Shown: piece after piece, positions 26,500-38,177 of the stretch | Position numbering within the stretch: the first letter of the stretch is position 1 | Layout: every line of letters begins with the position of its first letter | Origin: Liolophura sinensis | Taxonomy: Eukaryota | Assembly: GCF_032854445.1 (NCBI RefSeq) | Contig: NC_088295.1 | Location: forward strand, 28,692,498-28,756,497 | DNA: 64,000 bases | Direction: 5' to 3' | Translations under genes and position numbers: made by a program | Notes under the pieces: model-generated | The model's input: only the letters and a program-made list of their open reading frames with translations | The model's database searches: none | What the model was told of the DNA's origin: nothing

Positions 26500-26640
26500 C
26501 CGTTCACCGGACGGTCTGCCAGCAACCTGTGGATGGTCATGGGTTTTCCCCGGGCTCTATCCAGTTACCTCTCACAATAACGCTGGCCGCCATCATAAAA
26601 GTGAGATATTCTTCACTACTGTGTAAAACACAAATCAAAT
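26500..26640 (+). mobile_element. SINE family A, 3' part
   Basis: core ..ataacgctggccgccatcataaaagtgagatattcttc. Confidence 0.45.
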
Positions 26641-27039
26641 ACTGTATTTCATCTAAAGTTTGGCCTGTAATAATTCACTTTCAGCAGCACATTAAGGCGT
26701 TACCTGATATTTTTGATGTCAACAGCTTTCCTGATAAGAAATTAATCAAATTTCACAAAAAAGTTGTCCTAAAAGGTGAATGAATCAATCAGAATCAAGC
26801 AAAATGCTAAACTTTAGGTCAAATACAATAAATAAATAAATACACTTTTCAGTCATATGATGAAGAGGGGTCATTACGTGTGTACATGTACTGTGCCTTC
26901 TTGTGGCAGGACGAGTCGATGCTGATAAAATGGTGCTGCCACTGAAGAATCATGCCAAAGACATCAGATATGACACCCCACCAACTCACACTCACTAACA
27001 AATACTATTTTTTTTAAAAGTCTGTGGAATGACCCAATC

Positions 27040-27195
27040 CGGGTTTGATTGGTGTTTTCACGACATACTCCAGAGTATTTAATTATACGATGGAGGCCTG
27101 CATTATGATGGGAAGAAACCAGACAGAGCGCGGGGAAAAACCAAGGTCATCTGCAGGTTGCTGACCACTCTAACATACAGAATGGGAAGAAAGCC
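27040..27195 (-). mobile_element. SINE family A, partial
   Basis: tail and core; immediately flanks the 102-bp array. Confidence 0.45.
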
Positions 27196-27329
27196 AACTT
27201 TATGTCAGGAACCTTCTTACATAAAGCCACAACTGAGCAACAGTCAGTTGAACTAAAACATGCAACCTTTTCAAGTAAACTGCTTTGTTCTTAAACAAAA
27301 AAACACAATTTACTGTATACTACAGAGGT

Positions 27330-29005
27330 TTACCAACATCTTGGAGAACAGCAGGACTTTGTTCAGGGAAGACAGTGTCACTTACCACAGTACAGTTCTG
27401 AACAAAGCCATACACGACATCTGGACCCAGGGTAAAGGTTTTGGAGAACAGCGGGACTTTGTTCAGGGAAGGCAGTGTCACTTACCACAGTACAGTTCTG
27501 AACAAAGCCATACACGACACATCTGGAGCCCAGGTACAGGTTTTGGAGAACAGCAGGACATCGTTCAGGGAAGGCAGTGTCACTTACCACAGTACAGTTC
27601 TGAACAAAGCCATACACGACACATCTGGATCCAGAGTAAAGGTTCTGGAAAACAGCGGGAATTTGGGAAGGGAGTGTCACTTACCACAGTACAGTTCTGA
27701 ACAAAGCCATACACGACACATCTGGATCCAGAGTAAAGGTTCTGAAGAACAGCGGGACTTTGTTCAGGGAAGGCAGTGTCACTTACCACAGTACAGTTCT
27801 GAACAAAGCCATACACGACACATCTGGATCCAGAGTAAAGGTTCTGAAGAACAGCGGGACTTTGTTCAGGGAAGGCAGTGTCACTTACCACAGTACAGTT
27901 CTGAACAAAGCCATATACGACCCATTTGGATCCAGAGTAAAGGCTTTGGAGAACAGCAGGACATCGTTCAGGGAAGGCAGTGTCACTTACCACAGTACAG
28001 TTCTGAACAAAGCCATACACGACACATCTTGACCCAGAGTAAAGGTTCTGGAGAACAGCGGGACTTTGTTCAGGGAAGAGAGTCTCACTTACCACAGTAC
28101 AGTTCTGAACAAAGCCATACACGACACATCTGGACCCGGGGTAAAGGTTCTGGAAAACAGCGGGAATTTGGGAAGGGAGTGTCACTTACCACAGTACAGT
28201 TCTGAACAAAGCCATACACGACACATCTGGACCTGGGGTAAAGGTTTTGGTGAACAGCGGGACTTTGTTCAGGGAAGGCAGTGTCACTTACCACAGTAAG
28301 AGTTCTGAACAAAGCCATACACGACACATCTGGATCCAGAGTAATGGTTCTGGAGAACAGCGGGACTTTGTTCAGGGAAGGCAGTGTCACTTACCACAGT
28401 ACAGTTCTGAACAAAGCCATACACGACACATCTGGACAGGAATAAAGGTTCTGGAGAACAGCGGGACTTTGTGCAGGGAAGGCAGTGTCACTTACCACAG
28501 TACAGTTCTGAACAAAGCCATACACGACACATCTGGACCCAGAGTAAAGGTTCTGGAGAACAGCGGGACTTTGTTCAGGGAAGAGAGTCTCACTTACCAC
28601 AGTACAGTTCTGAACAAAGCCATACACGACACATCTGGAGCCAGGGTACAGGTTTTGGTGAACAGCAGGGCATCGTTCAGGGAAGGGAGTGTCACTTACC
28701 ACAGTACAGTTCTGAACAAAGTCATACACGACACATCTGGATCCAGAGTAAAGGATCTGGAGAACAGCGGGACTTTGTGCAGGGAAGGCAGTGTCACTTA
28801 CCACAGTACAGTTTTGAACAAAGCCATACACGACACATCTGGATCCAGAGTAATGGTTCTGGAGAACAGCGGGACATCATTCAGGGAAGGGAGTGTCACT
28901 TACCACAGTACAGTTCTGAACAAAGTCATACACGACACATCTGGACCCAGGGTAAAGGTTTTGGTGAACAGCGGGACTTTGTTCAGGGAAGGCAGTGTCA
29001 CTTAC
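27330..29005 (-). repeat. Tandem array, about 16.4 copies of a 102-bp unit. The unit is the last 84 nt of the PARP4-like exon 29006-29176 plus the first 18 nt of the intron, including the GTAAGT donor. Each unit is 34 codons and keeps an open frame.
   Basis: unit (minus strand) CCTGAACAAAGTCCCGCTGTTCTCCAGAACCTTTACTCTGGATCCAGATGTGTCGTGTATGGCTTTGTTCAGAACTGTACTGTG|GTAAGTGACACTGCCTTC; the first copy is continuous with unique exon sequence. Confidence 0.8.
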
Positions 29006-29176
29006 CACAGTACAGTTTTGAATAAAGCCATACACGACACATCTGGATCCAGAGTAAAGGTTCTGGAGAACAGCGGGACTTTGTTCAGGGAAGGGAAGGT
29101 CAGGCTCAAACTGCTGCCATGTCATGGTTAGATTAGTGACACATGGGTTTGAAGCCTTCTTCAGCAACTCTGATAT
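29006..29176 (-). CDS. PARP4: PARP4-like exon (ISELLKKASNPCVTNLTMTWQQFEPDLPFPEQSPAVLQNLYSGSRCVVYGFIQNCTV) followed by GTAAGT donor; its 3' 84 nt plus 18 nt of intron is the unit of the downstream 102-bp tandem array
   Basis: 171 nt phase 0; acceptor ttgtttcaccag; matches human QIEDQMTRLCSPSCHSVSVKWQQLNPDVPEALQAPAQVPSLFLNDRLLVYGFIPHCT. Confidence 0.65.
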
Positions 29177-29799
29177 CTGGTGAAACAAGAAACAACATTC
29201 ACATACTATAAAATCCACCAGCTGCATTGTTTCATCTTGATAATTAAATTATGTAAGGTTTTGTTCATGTTTCATTTAACAGGTATGTTTTGTTTTAGAC
29301 TACAGAGGAAGGTGAAAAATTCTCTGCCTTGCATGGCAAATTTGAAAGTGGCACAATCTGAAAAATCTGGTGTTTTGGGATACAGACTGTTGAAGGGCTA
29401 CCATTTTAACTGTACAATAGTTCAGTGAAGATAAACGGGCGATGCTGTAATAATTTGGAATAATTTCCAACTGTAAATTAGGTTCACATGTGCATTTTCA
29501 CAATCCAAAAATAACATATTTGTTGAATTTTATATCCCCAAATTCTCAATTCTTTTCAACCACCTCTGCAACCAATACTTTGAAACAGTCTGGGAGAACT
29601 AAGAAACATTCTGGGAGAACTATGGTGTGCAGAGAACTAATAAGTACAGTTTTATAAAGCTTGCAATTCATTTTTAGCCTCATTTTCATCTGAACTGTAT
29701 GCATAAATTCTGCAGGAATAAGTGCTTTGGTGGTCTACATTTTCTTTTCTAATAACACTATTACATGATACAAAACCTCTTTGTCAGTAATTCACTAAC

Positions 29800-29899
29800 C
29801 TTTCTGTCCCATAAATCCCTCTCTCTGGGTTCAAACATTTCAAATAATCCACCTCCTTCTCGAGCTAGAGTGCACAAGAAGTGACTGTTGGTTCTGGAC
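29800..29899 (-). CDS. PARP4: PARP4-like exon (SRTNSHFLCTLAREGGGLFEMFEPRERDLWDRK)
   Basis: acceptor tttttggtag, donor AAG|GTTAGT; matches human ANRHVLRILSQCGAGVFEYFNAKSKHSWRK. Confidence 0.65.
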
Positions 29900-30363
29900 C
29901 TACCAAAAATAAAGAAACCACAAGCTGCACTTATGGTCTAGGGGGAGATAACCATGTACAACCGAATACTGTCTTTAAGCTAATATTAACACAATTAACG
30001 TAAGCAAATCATATTAAGATGTCTGAATGGAAAAGATTGCCCTTCTGATTTTTTGCGAGGTAAGAGAACAGACATTATGCAGTGGCTGGTAAGATTGCTG
30101 TCCATCCAAACTTTTGGATTCAGTTTGGGTGAATTGCATCAAATACTCCAAATCTACAGAACATACCACAGGTTACAAGCTGCCTTTAACTCATGCCTGA
30201 TGTTGTAACCATTAAATATTTACTCTGGCAAAAACTGTCCTCTACCCTGCTAAATTTTGTGATCGGTTTCTTAATAGTTTTTTAACATGTAATGATGTCT
30301 AGTGTACGTGGTACTGTTCTAAATGACAATGCATGATAAAAGAGAGCAAGGAAAGAACCCTAC

Positions 30364-30551
30364 CCAACAGCCAAAGTAAATATCTGAACATGGTCATCAC
30401 TTTGGCTTGCTGCCATCTTGGCAACCGCTTGTCCGTTAACAAATCCATCTGTGATAAGGAAAACCGCTGTCCTCAGACTATCAGAAGATAGTCTGTTCAG
30501 TGTTGAAATAGCAGCCTTCAAAACGGTACAGTGGCCAGACGGCTTCAGGTT
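30364..30551 (-). CDS. PARP4: PARP4-like VWA domain exon (NLKPSGHCTVLKAAISTLNRLSSDSLRTAVFLITDGFVNGQAVAKMAASQSDDHVQIFTLAVG)
   Basis: acceptor accacag, donor GG|GTAGGG; classic VWA C-terminal motifs; in frame with next exon. Confidence 0.7.
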
Positions 30552-30771
30552 CTGTGGTGATAAAACATGAAAATATTTGTTACTTTAATTCGTCTTTTAG
30601 GAGAGATTTCTGCTGGGTCAAATCTATGGCCAAAGAAACCATGGCTTAGCTCAGTCAGAAACCCCCACAGATGAGAAACACACCTTACAAGAATACTATA
30701 ACAGCTTTAAAGTTTTAACAAACACCGATTAGGCGTGTATGATAAAGTTTATGCACATGTGATATATTATA

Positions 30772-30860
30772 AAACTCTCAGCTGTGTGACAGCTCTTCTT
30801 TGGTGATACACAACTGGGGAGCACTTCACACAGCTCTACCATTGGAATGTTAAACACTAG
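30772..30860 (-). repeat. Degenerate tandem duplicate (~84 bp) of the PARP4-like ELCELF exon. This copy reads VELCEVLPSCVSPKKSCHTAESFI and lacks the GT donor.
   Basis: direct repeat of 30862-30950 with about 85% identity. Confidence 0.6.
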
Positions 30861-30874
30861 TTTACTCACACTCA

Positions 30875-30942
30875 CAAATCTCTCAGCTGTGTCACAATTC
30901 TCTTGAGTTGGTGATACACAACTGGGGAACAGCTCACACAGC
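30875..30942 (-). CDS. PARP4: PARP4-like exon (ELCELFPSCVSPTQENCDTAERF); upstream member of an 84-bp duplicated exon pair
   Basis: acceptor ggtag, donor TTT|GTGAGT; phase fits preceding leftover G; matches human KELFSYPKHITSN..AAEF. Confidence 0.5.
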
Positions 30943-31666
30943 TCTACCAATTGAATGAAAAACTTTAGTCATGACAAGATTCATCAGAAGAGTTTGACTT
31001 AAATCAAATACAATGTCTATCCACTACAAAAATTTCAGAATAGTCATGAAGGAATTTTTAGTGCCATATTTATGAAAACAAAGGCTAGTGAATTATATCA
31101 GAATAGTAAATGTGAATACCTCTTATGATGTACTCTGGTTAAATGATACATCTTAATATTACGAAGCCATTAAACTTAATCCAAATGCCAGAAGTTCACA
31201 GTGATAAGACTACCCAGATAATTCTAGGAATTGTTTTTCTCCTGAAAGTTGTTGCATTTGTTTCCACAAAATACTGTTCCAATGTTATCATTTTCTGACG
31301 GGTACAGCTGTCCCTTGTCTTTTCGATTTTTATGGCCTCATGTAGTTTCTTATCAAAAATTGCACAAAATTAAAACTTGTTGCCTTAAGGACAAGATGCA
31401 ATGGATTTTGATTACCATTATAACTGATGTGAAAGATTTCTTTTCTGTTAAGCTGTAATCACATGATATAATTGGAAGTAATGTCTTGCTGTGTTCATGG
31501 TGTGGGCTATTCCAGGCAGTACATATTAGTACAACAAACTAAAAAGGGGGTGTTTTTATAAACTGATATACTCTTTTCTTAACAGTTTACTCCTCAAACT
31601 GAGTAACAAAGCTACTACATACATGTTCATGAGAACATTAAAGCTAAGAACAAATTGATATTTCAC

Positions 31667-31846
31667 CATGTCCAAAGGTCACGATGTTGAATTTGCATGA
31701 CAGTTCTTTCAGGGCTATGTGTAGAAGACTCTTTGCATTCTCCAGAGGTTTCCCCGCCATGGATTTGGACACGTCTACCAGGAATATCACCTCTGTGCAC
31801 TCATTTTCTGCAGCAGGGTGGTCTGGGTAATAAGTCACCATACAGG
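31667..31846 (-). CDS. PARP4: PARP4-like VWA domain exon with MIDAS-like DVSKS (ACMVTYYPDHPAAENECTEVIFLVDVSKSMAGKPLENAKSLLHIALKELSCKFNIVTFGH)
   Basis: acceptor cctccag, donor G|GTGAAA; matches human ACMLVFQPD..VIICLDCSSSMEG. Confidence 0.65.
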
Positions 31847-32417
31847 CCTGGAGGAAGAAAAAAATGTCAATTTTAAGAAGAGTTAGGAACATCTAGGCAG
31901 AGTATGTGTATGTATGCACATCAAATTCTCATGTAATTCCCATGTACGTACTGGCGTAAATGTACCTGTGTAAGGTAGCATAACTTAACATAGCTACAGC
32001 ACAGTAGGGCTCCTTCTGTAAAGCTCTAATGGCAGTCAAATGCCTGGATATAATGAAATCTCCACATCAAGGGACATCACTCTGATTGTCTTAATTTGTT
32101 TCAATGGGGTTTACCATGGCTTTCAACATTACACTCAAACTGTAGTCAAGGTTTCTCCCTATCTCTGTCGTATAAGTGAAATATTCTTGAGTACAGTGGA
32201 AAACACCAATCAAATAAATAAATAAATAAGTAAGATGCAGTCAAGGATTACATTAATGTCAGATGCGACATTTAACAATGTCAAATGAGTAACCTTCATA
32301 CCGAACGGCTTCTGTGGAATTTCCAAACTTACAGGAAGTTTTAAAATTTATAATTAATTTATCAATGACTAAAAAGCTAACAGATATGTCAGTGAGAAGA
32401 CAGTTTTACAGTTGTAC

Positions 32418-32555
32418 CTGGTGCCACGGTTGATCTGGGTGACGCTCTACCCACATTCTGGGTAAATGAATCTCAGAGAAACCAATGAGAAGTTGGAAGC
32501 ATTTCGTCAACTGCTGATTCCTGTCCATTTTTATCGTTGCCTTTGTTGCTGTTCT
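32418..32555 (-). CDS. PARP4: PARP4-like exon (RTATKATIKMDRNQQLTKCFQLLIGFSEIHLPRMWVERHPDQPWHQ)
   Basis: 138 nt; acceptor tttttag, donor CAG|GTACAA; HLPRMWVERHP matches human YLPRMWVEKHP. Confidence 0.6.
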
Positions 32556-32946
32556 CTAAAAATAACATGTGTACAAGTGAACATATTTAGGTTATTCCAA
32601 TTCATTTAAACGTCAATCTTTTTAATGTAAACGTGTAAAAAAGTCCTAGTTTCTAGATGGAAGAACCTGTACCTGTTTTGTGACTGAGTTTACCTACTTC
32701 AATTGAACAGAAATATCGGCAAGGCATAGATCACAAACACATAGTTATCAACTGGTGTTCATTCGTACAAGGCCGTCCTTTATTACATGCCCATAACTAT
32801 GTGGACTACCACCAATGTAGGCATTGCATCACCATGGAAGTTACAAGATGAATAATGCTATGCTATGGAGGCTTCATGGAATTGGGCCATTGTCTGTAGA
32901 ATGGTCAGCGTACACAAACTATCCAGTAAATGCACTATGAAGATAC

Positions 32947-33054
32947 CTCTATCTTTACTGTGTGAGTCTCACATTTCAGCGTGGTGATGTCAAAGGGCAT
33001 CTCTATGGAAACATCCACAGAACAGTCACATGACTGAATAGCACCAAGTGTGCC
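32947..33054 (-). CDS. PARP4: PARP4-like exon (GTLGAIQSCDCSVDVSIEMPFDITTLKCETHTVKIE)
   Basis: 108 nt; acceptor tttttcacag, donor GAG|GTATCT; SIEMPF matches human SIEMPY. Confidence 0.55.
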
Positions 33055-35379
33055 CTGTGAAAAACAAAGTTTGATTACAACGTTAGGAATGCAATTGGAG
33101 TCTGTATATAACTGGCAAGTTAAAAACATTCGGTCAGTCTCTGATAATGTTTGAAAAAAGCCATAAAATAAAATGTTTAAAAGAAAAGGCAACAAATAAT
33201 GTAGCCTTAGTAGTTTATGAAGAGGAGTGGAAATATATCTGAACAGCCACAACAATTTTTTTACACATGCGTGGTAACTTAGTAAACCAAGAGGGTAGGG
33301 AATGCGCCATGTTAGAGCCACGTCAGCATGACACTGTGTTACTCCATCATAACCCATGCACATATGACCAAACAGCAAAACAGGATTCAGGTGACATCAG
33401 TGGAAATAGCTGCATTCTCGGTAGAGAGGAATAACTTGAAGCCTGATGGATTAAAACCCGTTATCATGTCGGCACTTTCGCTTTACTTGTGTGCGTAATT
33501 TTGCCTTCTTTTAATTGCGATTTTTATAGGTTATATATACATTGTCTCATGTTGTCTCTTCTTTTAACAATTTTACATTAATGTTCTCGATGATGATTGT
33601 ATCTTCAGTAAAAATGGAAAAAATTAAATTAAAATGTAGGCGATACCTATTTACCGACCCTACTCATTAATTAGAGAGACTCGCTAATTGAGACACACTG
33701 GAAGTAAGGAGGTAGATCACAGAAGTCTCTCGCGAAGTGCTCACAGTGGGATATTGACATGCCAGCTGGCCCAGCTGGTCTATAAAGCCAGACTTTCCTG
33801 ACAGCTTGTACATGGCAATTCGCAATGTCATTTTTGAGTATACAAGCTTGTTTAAGAAAAATAAAAGACAAAAATATTGATACCGGTACATCAACATAGT
33901 GAAAATTTCTCTTTGCCATTTCCCTATCCAAAACTCTTACCATACTGTTTTTCCGGCTGTGTTTTACAAAAAATCCTATCTGATATTTAAAGTTATTACG
34001 TATATTGGTTAATGAACAATTACCTACTGCGAAAAAACTTTTGAACCTGGTTTTCATTTTAATGTGGCAATAAAAGGTATTAATTCACGGGGAAGCAGGG
34101 CTTGATCAGCATGATTCTCCAACACCAGCACAAGCTTCATCTGGATGGTAAGCTCAAGTTTCAGCTAGTCTATAAAAAGTATGAGAGGGGTGGTGACTAC
34201 TCAGTGAAAGAATCTCAAAGCCCTGTTTATCTAACTTGGGTTGATCAATCACCCCCTATGGTGAATGGATGCCAGGCTCATTGTATCAGTTGAGTCCACC
34301 AAGTAAAATCACTAGGGGTTACAAACTTTCAGGCAATAACTTTGCTATCAACAGTTTTCTGTTCAAAATTTCTTCTTACTGCATTTGACGTTTGCAAGGC
34401 ATTTTAGTATTTTCCTTGCAGTAAATCTAAAAAACATACACATGTAAAATTCCAGTGCTGTTTATGAGACTACACGAATGTACTTTTGGCTGTCTCCCCC
34501 AACTTTCAGCTAGGTTATCCGTCAAGTTGAGAACTACCTTGTTATTGTTGACCTGATTATTGGTTGACGGCTGATATACAAATGTCTGTTTCGACACAAA
34601 GATGTAAGGATCTTGCAGCTAACCCACGCCATATGTTGTTGTGATGGAAATGGTCTCAAAAGTGAAAGAACTTTAACGGTAGACTTTGCTAACCATTTCA
34701 CATACTCATCGAAGAGTCTGAAAGTTGCTTGTGTCAAATGCAGGACCTGTAGGCCTACAACAATGTGGGCCAACACACAGGTTGAGGCAGGGTTTCATCT
34801 TTGAAAGTACCGCTAATCGTACTGTTTGCTGGGACAGTACCGGTAATTACAAATATGTGTTTAGTTCATCTACATCTCATATTTTTTCTTTTTTTTCACA
34901 TCTTGACATTCATCACAACAGTGAGTCCCTCCCTGCCTCTTACAAATGTTCAATGGAAAAAAGCAAATCTTTAAAAAACAGGAGAGTGTTTGTAAGCTTC
35001 TTGCCAAGCTGGTGAGGCTCATCGAAGTGTGACGGAGGTGTGAACAGTTTGTCACTGATTGTCTACCAGTAATCCCCTACTCCCCACAGAGAGTTTACTA
35101 CTTAACGCAATTGTTTATTCCATTTATGCTTACAATTTGAAAAATTAGAGTAGAAAAGTCAAAACAGAATGTAGGCATAAGAGGAATGGAGGGACAAGGG
35201 ATTAGGATTAACGCCTCAGGTGGCAAGTCAGGTGGGATCAGTCAAGCATGACAAAACTCAGATATTGATAAAAATTGTATATTTCGAACAGATCAGACTT
35301 TAATATAATTATGTTATAAAAAATCAGAAGGACAGCATCCTGAACACCAAGTCAGCATTCTCCATCAGGGAGCATTTCT

Positions 35380-35589
35380 TCAAGGTTGCAAAAAACTACC
35401 AGCAGGGTTTGGTGCGTGGTTGTGATTATCATCAGTGCAAAGCCCAGCTCGACAACCAATAAAATCACATCTCCACCAGCACTTAGTGTCAAGTTTCCTG
35501 TTATTTCTGTAGATAAAGCTGTTAAGAAGTAGGTTGCGTCCTCCGCGCTTGTCGGTAACGAGTTCTACTTCGGTAATATGAGTGGCCAT
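35380..35589 (-). CDS. Small ORF encoding a FLYWCH-type zinc-finger domain (..GGRNLLLNSFIYRNNRKLDTKCWWRCDFIGCRAGLCTDDNHNH), located inside a PARP4-like intron
   Basis: F/Y-x-Y..W-x-C..C-x-A pattern of FLYWCH domain; ATG with TATA-like tatataaaca 30-50 bp upstream on minus strand. Confidence 0.4.
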   Translation of the reverse strand: MATHITEVELVTDKRGGRNLLLNSFIYRNNRKLDTKCWWRCDFIGCRAGLCTDDNHNHAPNPAGSFLQP

Positions 35590-36102
35590 TGTAAGTGTTA
35601 ACTATGTTATGATGGAATCACAGGAATTCAGTCTGTTTATATACAAGAGCCTGCCAAAAGTGAACACTTTTCAGACTAGACCGAATGCTGACAAGTGACT
35701 AGATTTCAATGTCAGACGATGATCGGAGTATAGTATTCCGCTGGAAAGACTACGGGGTGTCCTAATCCACTGCGTAGGCATAAGTGGAATGAAATAATTC
35801 TGAATTGTAGTCAGAAGTGGAAGACACCAACACAAGAGTCTTCGCACTATGGTACACTGTTTTTGAAAATGCACCTGTAATTATTGAGAAGGTACGGTAT
35901 AGTGTAAACTATATGTACAACTTAAACACTGACATAAGCCTGGAGGAAATTTAAGATGAAAAACCAACCATTAAAACATGATCGATTGATACAGATCATT
36001 CTAAGCCCCTTTCACTTATCCATTAGGGGTATACTAGTTGTCAAAGCAGGATGGGAAAAGAAATACAGTACACAGTAAAGCAAATTTTGTAGCTTGTCTC
36101 AC

Positions 36103-36237
36103 CTGGTCATGTGCCTCCAGCTCTGGAAGCCTGAAGCTGATACAATCCATCAACAATGGCAATTCACACACATAAGTCACTTTAACAACCACCGAGTCAT
36201 GTGGTTTTAAATTTCCAACCTTCATGGTGAACACCTC
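36103..36237 (-). CDS. PARP4: PARP4-like VIT domain exon (EVFTMKVGNLKPHDSVVVKVTYVCELPLLMDCISFRLPELEAHDQ)
   Basis: 135 nt; acceptor tatag, donor CAG|GTGAGA; matches human DVFTVSVGNLPP..ITYITEL. Confidence 0.65.
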
Positions 36238-36704
36238 CTATAACATTCATCATGGACATAGGGTTATACATGTACATGTAACAATCAATGGTCCGTGTGG
36301 GTTAGAGGGTATGTAAAATAAGCAGAAGTGCCCTATTTCTTCTAATTTTTGGGACACCTGATCTGCTCTCGGTATACATGTTACTGTAGCAGGAATATTG
36401 AGTTTCTTTTTTCTTACATGGTTAGGCCATCTAATGAACAACATACTCATATCTTTACTTTTCTAAATGGTTGGTAAATGTAATATTCTAATATCAGAAC
36501 TACTAATATCTGTCCCAAAACTTAGAAGAATTAGGGTAGTCCAAAATCTCCTGTGCTGCATGGTGAGCACTGTGATGGAACTGACCAGCTGGGGATTTGA
36601 ACCAGTAATCGGCTTTCCAATCCAGTCTTCTACCCCTGGCCTAAAAGGAAATTCCATCCAGCCCACAGTGTACAAGTGTTTTCCCACACTTCATTACAAA
36701 AAGG

Positions 36705-36965
36705 CGCCTCCGTGGCCTAGGTGGCTAGTAAGCCAGCACAGTGCAATGACCCAGAAGCCTCTCACCAATGCAGTTGCTGTGAGTTCAAGTCGAGCTCATA
36801 CTGGCTTTCTCTCCAGCCATACGCAGAAAGGTCTGCAGCAACCTGCAGATGGCCATGGGTTTCCCTCGCGCTCTGCCCGGTTTCTTCAAACCCTAATGCT
36901 GGCTGCCGTCATATAAATGAAATATTCTTGAGTACGCGGTTAAACACCAATCAAATAAATAAATA
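36705..36965 (+). mobile_element. SINE family A, full copy
   Basis: ggcgcctccgtggcctaggtggctagtaagccagc... head, tail (aaata)n; ORFs 36467..36966 are artefacts. Confidence 0.7.
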
Positions 36966-37393
36966 AAACAAATCTTTACAAAAGGAAAGTTTGACTGTAA
37001 ATTAAGTCTTACATGAGACATAAACTGCACACCATACCAAGCAAAACTAGTGTTATCTTGGAGAGAGAGTCGTAAGACAAAGACTGATTACATTGTTAAT
37101 TTTGCAACTGTACAAAATCTATATCAAATCTGCTTCAGATCTTTTGCCTATGTCCATCATGTAAATATATATTGTCTTTGAAGAGGTTTTTCTTTTCAGT
37201 GATCTACATGTTCAAATATTCTGAAAAAAAATGATTCTTTCCAAAAATGTATTTTTTACTTTTAATGTAATAACTGCTTGGAAAAAAGTGATTTGGTACA
37301 TGTGGATATACTTTACGACACACCCACCCCCCACCCCCACCCGCCAAAACAGGTAGATAAATGGCCTCACAATGCTTGGCAACTCAATCGTAC

Positions 37394-37618
37394 CTGGTTT
37401 GTAGTACTCTGTTCCAGTAAACAGGCTCCCTGTCCTTCTTCTATAGCTTCATTGTATATCTGGTGAGCAGCTTTAACTTCCTCAATCTTCCCGTAGATGC
37501 GCTGGTCATTGATAACTGCCTCAAACCCTGTGATGGCACACAACTCATCCACAGGGAAATGATACTGACCTTGGATTGTCTCATTGCTGTCATTGATGTA
37601 AGTTTGAATTAAGTTGAC
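37394..37618 (-). CDS. PARP4: PARP4-like VIT domain exon (VNLIQTYINDSNETIQGQYHFPVDELCAITGFEAVINDQRIYGKIEEVKAAHQIYNEAIEEGQGACLLEQSTTNQ)
   Basis: 225 nt, acceptor cactgttcag, donor CAG|GTACGA; canonical VIT motif pattern. Confidence 0.7.
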
Positions 37619-37759
37619 CTGAACAGTGAATAACACAATACACAGATATTAGAGTGCTGCAAGTGTGACAGCTTATTGATGTCATGTGATAACAAATAGC
37701 TCTAAAATCTACATACATCTATAATGTGTGTGGTTAAATCTGGGAAATCTGAATGCTTT

Positions 37760-37930
37760 TTAATTACAACCAGCTAAGGCTGTATATTGTAAGGTCTGCC
37801 AGCAAACCTCTGGATGAGAGTAGGTATCCCCAGGCTTTGCATAGTTTCCTCTCACCATAATCTTCGCCGCTGACCTATAGGTAAAATATTCTTGGGAATG
37901 GCGTAAAAACACCAATTAATCAAATAAATT
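37760..37930 (+). mobile_element. SINE family A, 3' part
   Basis: core and tail. Confidence 0.45.
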
Positions 37931-38055
37931 ACAACCAGTCATGGTTTGGAACTGAAATAAGTGCACAACGGGAAGAAAACATATATAAAAACACTCACAC
38001 TAGTATATCACTAAACAAATAAATTGTCTGTATTTAAACAAGTGACATTCTTTAC

Positions 38056-38177
38056 CTCGGCTATCATGTCCATTACTTTTGCTTGAACAGCAATAGAACA
38101 CACAGGAAGGTAGTTTGAGTTGTCTCCCCCTTTTGACACCCCGACTCTCCACTGTTCATGTCTTGTTTTAAGGTCAT
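38056..38177 (-). CDS. PARP4: PARP4-like exon, start of VIT domain (..DDLKTRHEQWRVGVSKGGDNSNYLPVCSIAVQAKVMDMIAE)
   Basis: acceptor ctttctggacag, donor GAG|GTAAAG; continues into VIT exon. Confidence 0.55.

Noticed and set aside
27260-29227. Long ORFs on both strands across the 102-bp array (up to 294 aa on the plus strand, 201 aa on the minus strand)
   Set aside because: They arise because the unit length is a multiple of 3. Only the first minus-strand copy is continuous with a bona fide PARP4-like exon. The plus-strand ORFs have no start context or homology.
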